Shown: positions 37,416 to 45,043 of the stretch, one piece after another
How positions within the stretch are numbered: the stretch's first letter is position 1
Layout of the letters: each line of letters begins with the position of its first letter
NCBI GenBank assembly: GCA_944391405.1
Contig: CALXTN010000006.1
Location: 13,885-77,884, forward strand
Source of the DNA: an uncultured Alphaproteobacteria bacterium
GTDB taxonomy: Bacteria > Pseudomonadota > Alphaproteobacteria > RF32 > CAG-239
Direction: 5' to 3'
Length of the DNA stretch: 64,000 nt
Made by a program: the position numbers and the translations under genes
Notes under the pieces: model-generated
Databases searched by the model: none
What the model was told of the DNA's origin: nothing
The model's input: the letters and a program-made list of their open reading frames with translations, nothing else

Positions 37416-37877
37416 TTAATCTTCTTCATCCAAATATTGCAGATAAATACCCCTAGCTTTTTTTAAAGCAATTATTCGCGCAATAAAAGAAATCAGATTA
37501 ATGTAAAAGTATTGCATGAAGCAAGCCAAGATAAAACCGCCTATTAATCCCCAAAAAAATGGCACCAAACTAAACGACAGAAATAAAGCGACACCGCCAA
37601 TAAGACCATTTCCCATAACAATTTCAAACAATCTCATTTCACGACTTGTCTTTTGACGACAAAGAATTTTCGCCCAGCATCTCTCCCCATAATCGCCATC
37701 TTCATCAATTTTTGAAAAAGCAATTACATCGGCAACTTCAAAAGAATAATCTTCATCTTCCAACAAATGTTTAAAAAGTTGAAGACTATTAGTCCAATAC
37801 TCAACATTATAAAAAACACATGAAACAATACTGCATATCAAAAGAAAAAGTGCAGAGTAAAATAATAAGTAATCCAT
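37416..37877 (-). CDS. hypothetical membrane protein, paralog A (153 aa)
   Basis: Shares architecture and motifs with 38699..39154: N-terminal TM LLFY(S/A)AL(F/V)LL, an acidic middle, (Y)CW, and a C-terminal pair of TMs (G)GFALFLSFAL / GGVALFLSFSL. The upstream box TTATGAACTAAAA is also shared. Confidence 0.6.
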   Translation of the reverse strand: MDYLLFYSALFLLICSIVSCVFYNVEYWTNSLQLFKHLLEDEDYSFEVADVIAFSKIDEDGDYGERCWAKILCRQKTSREMRLFEIVMGNGLIGGVALFLSFSLVPFFWGLIGGFILACFMQYFYINLISFIARIIALKKARGIYLQYLDEED

Positions 37878-37959
37878 ATTCCTAAATTTTTAGTTCATAA
37901 TGATATAAAAGCAAATAGATGTTAACAGTTACATTTTTTTTGTCAACACATATCTATAC

Positions 37960-38650
37960 ATAAAAAAAGATACCCCCGCGTAAAACGCGGGGTTCTTCAT
38001 ATGCGGCTAAAAGCCTTTAGCACTGGCATCCCCTGAACGGGGTACCCATAATTCTGCCAGACGCAATTTGTTACTACCTACCCGTAAACGGGTCATTTAA
38101 GTCCATTGTTAGTTGTTCTGCTAATTGGTCTTGTTTAAGTTGATCTTTAATATATTCCCTGATTTTTTCTGTGTTCTTACCTGTTGTATCAACATAGTAC
38201 CCCTTGCACCAAAATTCTCGGTTTCTATATTGATATTTTATACTACTCCACCTTTCATATATCATTAAACTACTCTTTCCTTTGAGAAATCCCATAAATC
38301 CTGATATACTGATTTTCGGTGGAACTTTTACTAATATATGCATATGGTCTGGACACGCTTCTCCTTCTATAATTTCCACTCCCTTCCATTTACACAATTC
38401 TTTCAGTATTTTTACTATTTCTAACCTTTTACTACCGTAAAAGACTTTTCTCCTATACTTTGGTGCAAATACTATATGATATTTTCAATTCCATGTTGTA
38501 TGTGATAATCTTTCTATCTTAGTTTTCATTACTGTCCTCCAAATAGGTTGTTTTGCGTCTTGGCAGACTGCAAAACTTTAACCTATTTGGAGCGTTTTGT
38601 CATCCTCACCGCTATAAGCTTTACTGAACCACGCGTCTAACGCGTGGTTT
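37960..38650 (-). mobile_element. IS200-type insertion sequence (IS200/IS605 family, tnpA only); boundaries approximate
   Basis: Y1 transposase reading frame. Left-end perfect hairpin AACCACGCGT-cta-ACGCGTGGTT (38627-38649). RBS-occluding stem CCAAATAGGTT/AACCTATTTGG (38539-38590) overlaps the GGAGGA SD. 3' hairpin CCCCGCG-taaaa-CGCGGGG (37974-37992). Imperfect inverted copies of TCTGCCA(A)GACGCAA at 38053-38066 and 38553-38567. Confidence 0.75.
38074..38529 (-). pseudogene. tnpA: IS200/IS605 family Y1 transposase TnpA interrupted by one in-frame TGA (codon 15)
   Basis: Minus strand from ATG 38529 reads MKTKIERLSHTTWN*KYHIVFAPKYRRKVFYGSKRLEIVKILKELCKWKGVEIIEGEACPDHMHILV.... The TGA at 38485-38487 sits where homologs have Cys (W-x-C-KYH). 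The ORF track shows only the 107-aa tail (38074..38397). Confidence 0.75.
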
Positions 38651-38659
38651 TCGGAATAC

Positions 38660-38686
38660 AAAAAAAAGGAGTGTCGAAACACTCCC
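38660..38686 (-). terminator. intrinsic terminator after 38699..39154
   Basis: Minus-strand GGAGTGT-ttcg-ACACTCC followed by T8. Confidence 0.7.
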
Positions 38687-38698
38687 ATAATTTTTTTT

Positions 38699-39154
38699 CT
38701 AATTTTTGTGCTGCTCTTGATAAATTTTCAGAGCTCTTCGAAAAGTTTTCCGCACAAAAAGCACGGATAACATTCCCCGATAAATTCCCACAATTATAAC
38801 GGCAAAAACAATAGCCGCTAAAATTGTTATAATTGGAGGAAATAATGCGAACGACAAAAATAGTGCAAATCCTCCACAACGCCCCATCCATATAGAATGA
38901 CGCAATAAAGAAATTTCATTTTCTGTCATTTTCCGAAAAACTGCCGATAACCAGCAGTAATTAAAATCATCTATTTCCACCGGACATTTAGATAAAATAT
39001 CCTCATCAATCAACTGCACCGGATAATTCCGATCTTTCAGTAGATGAGTAAAAATATCTAAATCAATCCGCTCACGCATTATATGATGAGCGCAATATAA
39101 AATAACACTCATACCAAGCAGCACAAGCGCTGCATAAAATAATAAATTTCCCAT
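38699..39154 (-). CDS. hypothetical membrane protein, paralog B (151 aa)
   Basis: ORF track gives 38699..39190. I chose ATG 39154 (MGNLLFYAALVLL...) by alignment with paralog A and the shared upstream box. Confidence 0.6.
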   Translation of the reverse strand: MGNLLFYAALVLLGMSVILYCAHHIMRERIDLDIFTHLLKDRNYPVQLIDEDILSKCPVEIDDFNYCWLSAVFRKMTENEISLLRHSIWMGRCGGFALFLSFALFPPIITILAAIVFAVIIVGIYRGMLSVLFVRKTFRRALKIYQEQHKN

Positions 39155-39235
39155 ATATAAAAATTTTAGTTCATAAATATAATTTGACAAAAATGACTAT
39201 ACAACATAATCCTCATTGAGTCAACCGATAAAATA

Positions 39236-39272
39236 CAAAAAAACGCCCTGCCATAAAGAGCGACAAGGCGTT
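39236..39272 (-). terminator. intrinsic terminator after hsp20
   Basis: Minus-strand AACGCC-N19-GGCGTT followed by T8. Confidence 0.6.
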
Positions 39273-39291
39273 GAAGTTAAAGGCTTACCCC

Positions 39292-39774
39292 TTACTTCTT
39301 AGTAATTTCGATTTTACGTTTTTTATCTTTTTCGTCCAAAGACTTAGGAATAATAATGGTTAAGACACCATTGTTAAATTCCGCCTTGGCATCATCAAAG
39401 CGCATATCCCAAGGAAGTGCGACGGTACGTTTGAATGAGCCGTATGAAAATTCAGAGAAATAGCTACCTTTACCATGTTCTTTATGTTCTTGTTTCTTTT
39501 CACCCAAAATCGTTAAATATCCGTCAGCGGAAATTTCCAAATCGACATCTTTTTCACTCATCCCTGGAAGTTCGGCCGAAACCTTAACTTCATTTTCATC
39601 TTCCGCAATTTCAAGTTTAGGTTCAATTGCTTTAACGGCGTTGTTTTCATACGGAAAGTCCAACCAGTTATTAAAGAAACTGTTAACCATATCGTTAAAA
39701 TCCTTACGATATCCGTAACGTGAAGCGATGTTACTATGGTTGTTATCCTGACGTTTAATCATATAATCTGACAT
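39292..39774 (-). CDS. small heat-shock protein (Hsp20 / alpha-crystallin family)
   Basis: Alpha-crystallin core PKLEIAEDENEVKVSAELPGMSEKDVDLEISADGYLTILGEKK...FKRTVALPWDMRFDDAKAEFNNGVLTIIIPK. ATG 39774 is preceded by GGAGGA; the ORF track start at 39807 lies upstream of that SD. Confidence 0.9.
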   Translation of the reverse strand: MSDYMIKRQDNNHSNIASRYGYRKDFNDMVNSFFNNWLDFPYENNAVKAIEPKLEIAEDENEVKVSAELPGMSEKDVDLEISADGYLTILGEKKQEHKEHGKGSYFSEFSYGSFKRTVALPWDMRFDDAKAEFNNGVLTIIIPKSLDEKDKKRKIEITKK

Positions 39775-39845
39775 TATTTTATCCTCCAATTTTAATCTTG
39801 CGTTCATCTCACTGTTAATAGTGTGTTCGCATCATGTTCTATAAA

Positions 39846-39876
39846 AGAAGTAGGAAGTGAAAAATAAAAAATCAAG
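39846..39876 (-). promoter_or_regulatory. candidate heat-shock (RpoH-type) promoter of hsp20
   Basis: Minus strand reads CTTG-N18-CCTACTTCT, the same layout as upstream of dnaJ. Confidence 0.3.
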
Positions 39877-39969
39877 ACTTTTGGATAAATAAAAAAAATT
39901 TTTTTAAGTCTATTTTTAAGCACATATTAATAAACAAAATTTAAAATAAAAAAAAAGAGAGGTTCTGCA

Positions 39970-41109
39970 ATGAAAAAACACATTATATTCGCTTTGTTAT
40001 TAGGTTGCATGGCAATAAATGCACACGCCGAAACACCTACCCCTTTGCAATATCATTTTAGTAACACCTTAATCAAGTCCATTCGTAATTGTTACCGCTA
40101 CAATGAGGAATTTACTAAAATCAACCCAGATTTGGCAGATGTAGGAGCGATGTGCCAACGCATCAACATTCGCATTCAAGGAATACAAGCTGATAACCTA
40201 TGCCATGCTACAATTGTACATAAAACACAAAACATGGGCAAAACCACATACAAATGTAAACTAAACCGTTCGCAAAGAAACGAGTTATATAATGCGATAA
40301 TGACACGCTCATCCGAACCGATAACCTCAACATTTACCATATTTGAAGAGTATGAAGATGAAAATGGTAATATTTACCGAGAACCAACAATAAAAACCAT
40401 GACGGATAGTTTAATAAACATCACGATAGAAAAATTAAAACAAAATGCGTGTACAACCGAATACGAAGAACCAAATGAAAAAGAACAAAAACAATTTGCC
40501 GAATATGTATTAACTTTTTCCGAAGATTTTCAAAACAAACTGCAAACATGCTCACCTGCGGAAGAATATATCAAGACACCCTATTTAACCAAACCAATAA
40601 AAATCATCGGCAAAGAAACCAATACTTGTGTCATAGACAGTTCTGCATTTATATATCATATTCCAATGTCAGAGATATATAAACTAACCAACTACGACCA
40701 ACTAAGCGTATTTGCAACCGATCCACAAATTGCCAAGTATGTTCCCGCCCCGGATTTAAGATACACACTATTCGCACTAGACGCTTGCCTTAAAGAAGAA
40801 GAATATACATCTCCCACAAACACACAAATGATAAATGCTATACAAATGACAAAACAAACCATCTCGCACAACCAAGACCACAATTGCGTGCTAAAATATA
40901 GGGAAGAAGTTTCTCGTCCGGATTATTATGAAGAATATGAAACAGTTTGTATTTTTTCAGACGAAGAAATAGCTGATTTAATATCACCATATCAAAAAGT
41001 CTTAAACTCCTCCTCACGCCTAAAACCTTCGGGCGGAGCAGCAAAAGCTGGAATAGATTTGTACAAGATTTTAGATAAACGAGAATATTGCAAATTAAAC
41101 AATCTCTAG
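39970..41109 (+). CDS. hypothetical secreted protein (379 aa), Cys-containing
   Basis: Signal peptide MKKHIIFALLLGCMAINAHA; no recognised domain. Confidence 0.6.
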   Translation: MKKHIIFALLLGCMAINAHAETPTPLQYHFSNTLIKSIRNCYRYNEEFTKINPDLADVGAMCQRINIRIQGIQADNLCHATIVHKTQNMGKTTYKCKLNRSQRNELYNAIMTRSSEPITSTFTIFEEYEDENGNIYREPTIKTMTDSLINITIEKLKQNACTTEYEEPNEKEQKQFAEYVLTFSEDFQNKLQTCSPAEEYIKTPYLTKPIKIIGKETNTCVIDSSAFIYHIPMSEIYKLTNYDQLSVFATDPQIAKYVPAPDLRYTLFALDACLKEEEYTSPTNTQMINAIQMTKQTISHNQDHNCVLKYREEVSRPDYYEEYETVCIFSDEEIADLISPYQKVLNSSSRLKPSGGAAKAGIDLYKILDKREYCKLNNL

Positions 41110-41175
41110 CCAATATACTATTTTTTAAGATATAAAAAAGCTCTTCAAAAATTATCACCAATACCCAGGTAGATA

Positions 41176-41206
41176 ACAAAAAGGAGAGCTAAACCCTCCT
41201 TTTTCT
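41176..41206. terminator. bidirectional intrinsic terminator between convergent genes
   Basis: A5-AAGGAG-N9-CTCCTT-T4. Confidence 0.5.
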
Positions 41207-41226
41207 ATTTAATCAATTGTCCGATA

Positions 41227-42012
41227 TTACAAAGGAACAATTTCACCGTCATCAGGCACAATAACTTGCGCATCGAGATAATGTTTAGAAACAAAATCTT
41301 TAACCTCTTGACGTCCAATCATCGCATGCGGAACAGCATCCAAATGCGTAATAATCACTTTTGCCTCTGGCGCAGCCAAACAAACTTGCCTTATATCATC
41401 AAGTCCCATAATGATAGAGCCGCTATCCGTAAACTGAGCATCGGCAGCGTTAAGCGCAATGATTTCAGGATGATATTTTTTGAGCGTCTTTTCAACATTA
41501 TCAAACCAAATCGTATCGCCGGCCAAATAAAATGTCTTTTCATCCTTGTTTTCAAAAACCACCCCGCTGGCCGTCGCGCGCAAGTGAGTTGCGTCATAAT
41601 ATTTTTGTGTTGTTTCCGGATGTCCGTGCAAACAATCCACCCTAAATAACGTCACATCATTAAAGCGTACTCCGTCATAGCTAAGTGGGCGTACATCAGC
41701 AAAACCGAAAGCTTTAAGCATTTCGGCATCTTTTTCATCTTGCACAAACAGCGGTATGTTTTTAGCCAATACTTTTGCGGCAAATTCGTCAAAATGATCC
41801 GGATGCATATGTGTCACAATAACCGCATCAATGCCTTGCACAATCTTTTCATCTTTCATCGGAAGGTCAGCCGTCGGCCAACGCTTATCCGGAAAATGAC
41901 AAACTTCTAAAGGCGGATAAAAATTTTTGGGCGCAAAAAACGGATCAATTAAAAACGTACATCCGCCATACATAAGTTTAACCGTTGCGCCGCGAATTTG
42001 TTGAAATTGCAT
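41227..42012 (-). CDS. MBL-fold metallo-hydrolase
   Basis: HxHxDH motif (THMHPDH). ATG 42012 lies after AAGGAGG; the ORF track start at 42015 is TTG. Confidence 0.8.
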   Translation of the reverse strand: MQFQQIRGATVKLMYGGCTFLIDPFFAPKNFYPPLEVCHFPDKRWPTADLPMKDEKIVQGIDAVIVTHMHPDHFDEFAAKVLAKNIPLFVQDEKDAEMLKAFGFADVRPLSYDGVRFNDVTLFRVDCLHGHPETTQKYYDATHLRATASGVVFENKDEKTFYLAGDTIWFDNVEKTLKKYHPEIIALNAADAQFTDSGSIIMGLDDIRQVCLAAPEAKVIITHLDAVPHAMIGRQEVKDFVSKHYLDAQVIVPDDGEIVPL

Positions 42013-42082
42013 CAAATCCTCCTTAATTTAGTCATTAAAACCATAAAAAAAATCAGCGTCTAAAATAGATATAATCCGACCA

Positions 42083-42102
42083 ATATACCCATATGGGTAT
42101 AT
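42083..42102. promoter_or_regulatory. perfect 20-bp palindrome, candidate operator upstream of the MBL hydrolase gene
   Basis: ATATACCCATATGGGTATAT is its own reverse complement and lies 71 nt upstream of the start codon. Confidence 0.5.
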
Positions 42103-42177
42103 AGTCATTAAGTTTCACTTTGTCAAGCCATAAAAAACATCAGATTACTTTCCCCCATCCTAAAATATTCCAACCAA

Positions 42178-42204
42178 TAAAAAAGCGCCCCAAAAAAGAG
42201 CGCT
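42178..42204 (-). terminator. intrinsic terminator after the SAA-like two-gene unit
   Basis: Minus-strand AGCGC-N11-GCGCT followed by TTTTTTA. Confidence 0.55.
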
Positions 42205-42205
42205 A

Positions 42206-42559
42206 TTAGTCACTACGGCATCTATGCTCATTGTAATCATATACTTGACCATTTTGCAAACAAAAAGACACCGTTCTTGCTTCATAAATACCTGACACCA
42301 GATTATTCATGGCACAATACCCTATAAAAGACACTACCGAGATGATGTATAGAATACGTTTATAACGAAATCTAAAAAAGAAAGCACAACCTAAAGAAAT
42401 AAAACAAACAAGCATTACAAAGGCATATGCAAATAAAACAATCCCCCCTATTGAGTTTTGAACAATAAAATAATCTTCTAAAAATGCTATCAATAACAAA
42501 GATAGAATAATGAACTTAAAACTCAAAAATATTCCCTTTTGTAATGTTATTTTTGTCAT
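42206..42559 (-). CDS. small polytopic membrane protein (117 aa) with Cys-containing C-terminal tail
   Basis: ORF track gives 42206..42679, which overlaps the upstream gene. ATG 42559 (MTKITLQKGIFLSFKFIILSLLL...) follows GAGGAA and starts 17 nt after the upstream stop. Confidence 0.55.
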   Translation of the reverse strand: MTKITLQKGIFLSFKFIILSLLLIAFLEDYFIVQNSIGGIVLFAYAFVMLVCFISLGCAFFFRFRYKRILYIISVVSFIGYCAMNNLVSGIYEARTVSFCLQNGQVYDYNEHRCRSD

Positions 42560-42575
42560 TTTACACATTTCCTCT

Positions 42576-43106
42576 TCAATATCTTTTATAGTGTGTCGGA
42601 CACGTTTCTTGTAAACTTTTTCCTTGTCTAGCCCCTTCTCTCCCACGAGCATTTGCCCATAAATCACGCTTACAATCATCTATTGGATATTTAAAAATAT
42701 CTTTTGCCTCTTTCAAATACCCACCAATAGTTGATACAACCGAGCCATACTTTCCCCGAGAAGCTGCCTCATAATGAGCTTTACAATGAAAGAACGTATC
42801 GCTAGTCTTCAATTCAAGTTCATTCATTTTATTAAAATTACGCCATAAATCTTTAACAGGAGCAACCAAGCCACTTCTAACTTTACCTTTAGGATATTGA
42901 TAATCTTTTATATAATTGTCAAGTTCTTTTGCTGTGGCATCTCCATAATGTTGGGTTTCTTTTGTCTCATCAATTCCCTGCTCTTTCATCAACATCTTAA
43001 TCACTGTCCGGCGATTGGATAAATCAAGCTTATTAATTGCCTCACGTTGATGATCTGTAATATTTAACTCACTAGGTATTTCCATAAAAAAATCAAAATC
43101 AGACAT
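42576..43106 (-). CDS. serum amyloid A (SAA)-like domain protein with a ~75-aa N-terminal extension
   Basis: VKDLWRNFNKMNELELKTSDTFFHCKAHYEAASRGKYG...DLWANARGREGARQG...THYKRY aligns with vertebrate SAA [38 protein letters not shown]...DQAANEWGRSGKDP...LPEKY. No signal peptide. Confidence 0.75.
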   Translation of the reverse strand: MSDFDFFMEIPSELNITDHQREAINKLDLSNRRTVIKMLMKEQGIDETKETQHYGDATAKELDNYIKDYQYPKGKVRSGLVAPVKDLWRNFNKMNELELKTSDTFFHCKAHYEAASRGKYGSVVSTIGGYLKEAKDIFKYPIDDCKRDLWANARGREGARQGKSLQETCPTHYKRY

Positions 43107-43121
43107 ATTAAATTCCTTTCA

Positions 43122-43154
43122 TAAAAAAAAACGGCTAACATTTTGCCAACCGTT
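43122..43154 (-). terminator. terminator-like hairpin plus T9 in the leader immediately upstream of the SAA-like gene RBS
   Basis: Minus-strand AACGGTT-N11-AGCCGTT (with G-U pairs) followed by T9, then GAAAGGAATTTAAT-ATG. Confidence 0.5.
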
Positions 43155-43213
43155 GCATTTAAACCAAAGAGCCGTACTCTCATATACAGCTCAAGACACA
43201 AATAATCAGATAC

Positions 43214-43240
43214 AAAAAAAGCACTCCTTCTAGAGAGTGC
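43214..43240 (-). terminator. intrinsic terminator after tRNA-Glu
   Basis: Minus-strand GCACTC-tctagaag-GAGTGC followed by T7. Confidence 0.65.
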
Positions 43241-43249
43241 TATTTGAAT

Positions 43250-43324
43250 TGGTGATCCCAACGGGATTTGAACCCATGTTACCGCCGTGAAAGGGCGATG
43301 TCCTAACCACTAGACGATGGGACC
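43250..43324 (-). tRNA. tRNA-Glu (anticodon UUC), CCA encoded
   Basis: I folded it by hand: GGTCCCA tc GTCT agtggtta GGAC a TCGCC cTTTCac GGCGG taac ATGGG ttcaaat CCCGT TGGGATC a CCA. Total 75 nt. Confidence 0.95.
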
Positions 43325-43343
43325 AATGATCGGAACAAAAGCG

Positions 43344-43372
43344 TTTATATATAGAAAAAAATAATAAGTCAA
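43344..43372 (-). promoter_or_regulatory. candidate sigma-70 promoter of tRNA-Glu
   Basis: Minus strand reads TTGACT-N17-TATAAA, about 20 nt upstream of the mature 5' end. Confidence 0.45.
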
Positions 43373-43471
43373 CACTTTCTTTTTATTTTTTTCACATTTT
43401 TGCGCATAAATCAAATAAGCATAATAATATCAATAAGTTAGTCACAAGAAATTCTCACTTAACCTCAACAG

Positions 43472-44962
43472 CTATTTTCGCGAAACAATCGCTTTCATCA
43501 AATCAACCGCCCCCGCATCCGCATTTTTAGCAGATAAATCAGCACTATTTTTTGAATTATTTTCAATAGGTTGAGGAATTTTAACTTCATCTTCAACCGA
43601 TTCACTTTTTACTCTCTCAACAACTGACGCGACATCATCATCAATATTCTCTTCAGATGCAGAGGCAGTCAATGCATTCGGTTCAGACATTTTTTTAAAC
43701 AAATTTTCCAAGGCTTCATTAGCTTTTTTGCTCTTAGCCGCTTTATCTTCTACAATCTGCTCCCTAACTTCATTTTGCATTTCCTCAACCGCCTTAGTTT
43801 CAGAAATTACTGATTTTTCTGAAGCTGTAGCAATATTTTGAGATGTTTCTTCAACCTTTTCTACGATATTTTCCTGAGTATTAATAGTATCAATCGCCGC
43901 TTCTTTTTTAACGGGAGCTTTACCTTCTTGCATAGCTTTAATCATATCCACAGGTGCATCTTTATCAAAATTTTGTTTTAACTCAGGTTTTGTCACTGCT
44001 ACATTTGATGCAACTTCATCCTTAACAAATGTCTTGTCTTTAACCGGAACCAAAAGAGTCGGCTGCACTTTACCAGAAGCTTCAGAAGTTACCATTTTAT
44101 TGGCATCAACATTTGCTTGCTCTTTAGTTGGCTCAACAGAATTAGCTTCCGTTTTAATTTCTTCTGCTGATAGCGCATTTCCTGTTTTATCTACAGCAGG
44201 ACCTTCCACGCTCTGAACCGTGTTTTCAGAGTTTTTCATATTTTCGGTAGCCTGTAGAGCAGAAGGCTCTGCCATTTTTTTATTTTGTCCATCCGTTTCC
44301 TGAACTGTTTTTGCAGAAACAATAACCTCAACAGCTTCATGAACAGCAACCACCCCTTTTTCGCTATCATAAATTTCAATTTTACCAGCTTCAAACACAG
44401 GTTGGTCTTGATTTGTAACTTTTTTAACTTCCTGACGTTCTTGAATTTGTCCCAAAGCAGATTGTGGACGAGAAACAGCTTCAGCCTTTTGATGAATTTC
44501 TTGCATATAATCGGTTAATTCAGCTGCTCCATCTCGTGAAGAAGTTTTTTGAAGATTTGTTGCATCTTTATCTTCAAATTTTTTTTCATTTTCATTTAAA
44601 ATGATTACATTTTCATCAAATTTATCTTTTTGTTGAGAGATTTCCCAGCTTTGCGCCATTTTTTTCTGAAGAGACGGTTCCGCCATATTTTCTTTTTTCA
44701 CCTCAGGAGAAGCAATATCTTGTGCTTTAGGAGGATTAAGTTCAGAAACCGGCGCCTTAGCCTCTAACGGAGCTGTTACGGTCATATCCTGAGCTTTAGG
44801 AGCATCTTCAACATAATCAAAAACCACCATAGCCGAAGACATTGGAGCCGTTGAATGACGATATTCCGCCACCCCGCCAACCACAAAAACTAACACCAAA
44901 AACAAAATCAGCAGTTCCACCCTACCCTTTGCTTTTAATTTAGAGACATCTTGATTATCCAT
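43472..44962 (-). CDS. hypothetical N-terminally anchored, acidic/Lys-rich low-complexity protein (496 aa)
   Basis: ATG 44962 lies after GGAG; the ORF track start at 44968 is TTG. One TM (VELLILFLVLVFVVGGVA) is followed by an E/K/A/V/Q-rich sequence with PKAQD and KKMAEPS repeats. Confidence 0.6.
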   Translation of the reverse strand: MDNQDVSKLKAKGRVELLILFLVLVFVVGGVAEYRHSTAPMSSAMVVFDYVEDAPKAQDMTVTAPLEAKAPVSELNPPKAQDIASPEVKKENMAEPSLQKKMAQSWEISQQKDKFDENVIILNENEKKFEDKDATNLQKTSSRDGAAELTDYMQEIHQKAEAVSRPQSALGQIQERQEVKKVTNQDQPVFEAGKIEIYDSEKGVVAVHEAVEVIVSAKTVQETDGQNKKMAEPSALQATENMKNSENTVQSVEGPAVDKTGNALSAEEIKTEANSVEPTKEQANVDANKMVTSEASGKVQPTLLVPVKDKTFVKDEVASNVAVTKPELKQNFDKDAPVDMIKAMQEGKAPVKKEAAIDTINTQENIVEKVEETSQNIATASEKSVISETKAVEEMQNEVREQIVEDKAAKSKKANEALENLFKKMSEPNALTASASEENIDDDVASVVERVKSESVEDEVKIPQPIENNSKNSADLSAKNADAGAVDLMKAIVSRK

Positions 44963-44995
44963 AAACAAAACTCCGTCAAAAGAAAAAACTAAGGC

Positions 44996-45024
44996 ATTAT
45001 AGAACTGCTGATATATAAATGCAA
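44996..45024 (-). promoter_or_regulatory. near-consensus sigma-70 promoter for 43472..44962
   Basis: Minus strand reads TTGCAT-N17-TATAAT. Confidence 0.5.
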
Positions 45025-45043
45025 GTATTTTACTCCAAACGTT

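Noticed and set aside
38485-38487. TGA at a conserved Cys codon of tnpA as selenocysteine, or as evidence for an alternative genetic code.
   Set aside because: All housekeeping ORFs are full length under the standard code, so TGA is not a sense codon generally. The only nearby hairpin (CUUUUAC-GGUA-GUAAAAG) starts about 41 nt downstream, too far for a bacterial SECIS. It also lies in a conserved coding segment. A simple nonsense mutation or sequencing error is more parsimonious.
38637-38891. 84-aa ORF overlapping paralog B in another frame, and a 65-aa ORF (43064..43261) overlapping the tRNA-Glu terminator.
   Set aside because: Both overlap better-supported features (a conserved paralog frame, and the tRNA with its terminator) and lack ribosome-binding sites.
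43250-45043. tRNA-Glu as the attachment site of the prophage.
   Set aside because: The tRNA is on the minus strand, so its 3' end faces away from the prophage. It keeps its own promoter and terminator. An independently promoted gene lies between it and the phage genes. I saw no integrase and no duplicated tRNA 3' segment in the window.
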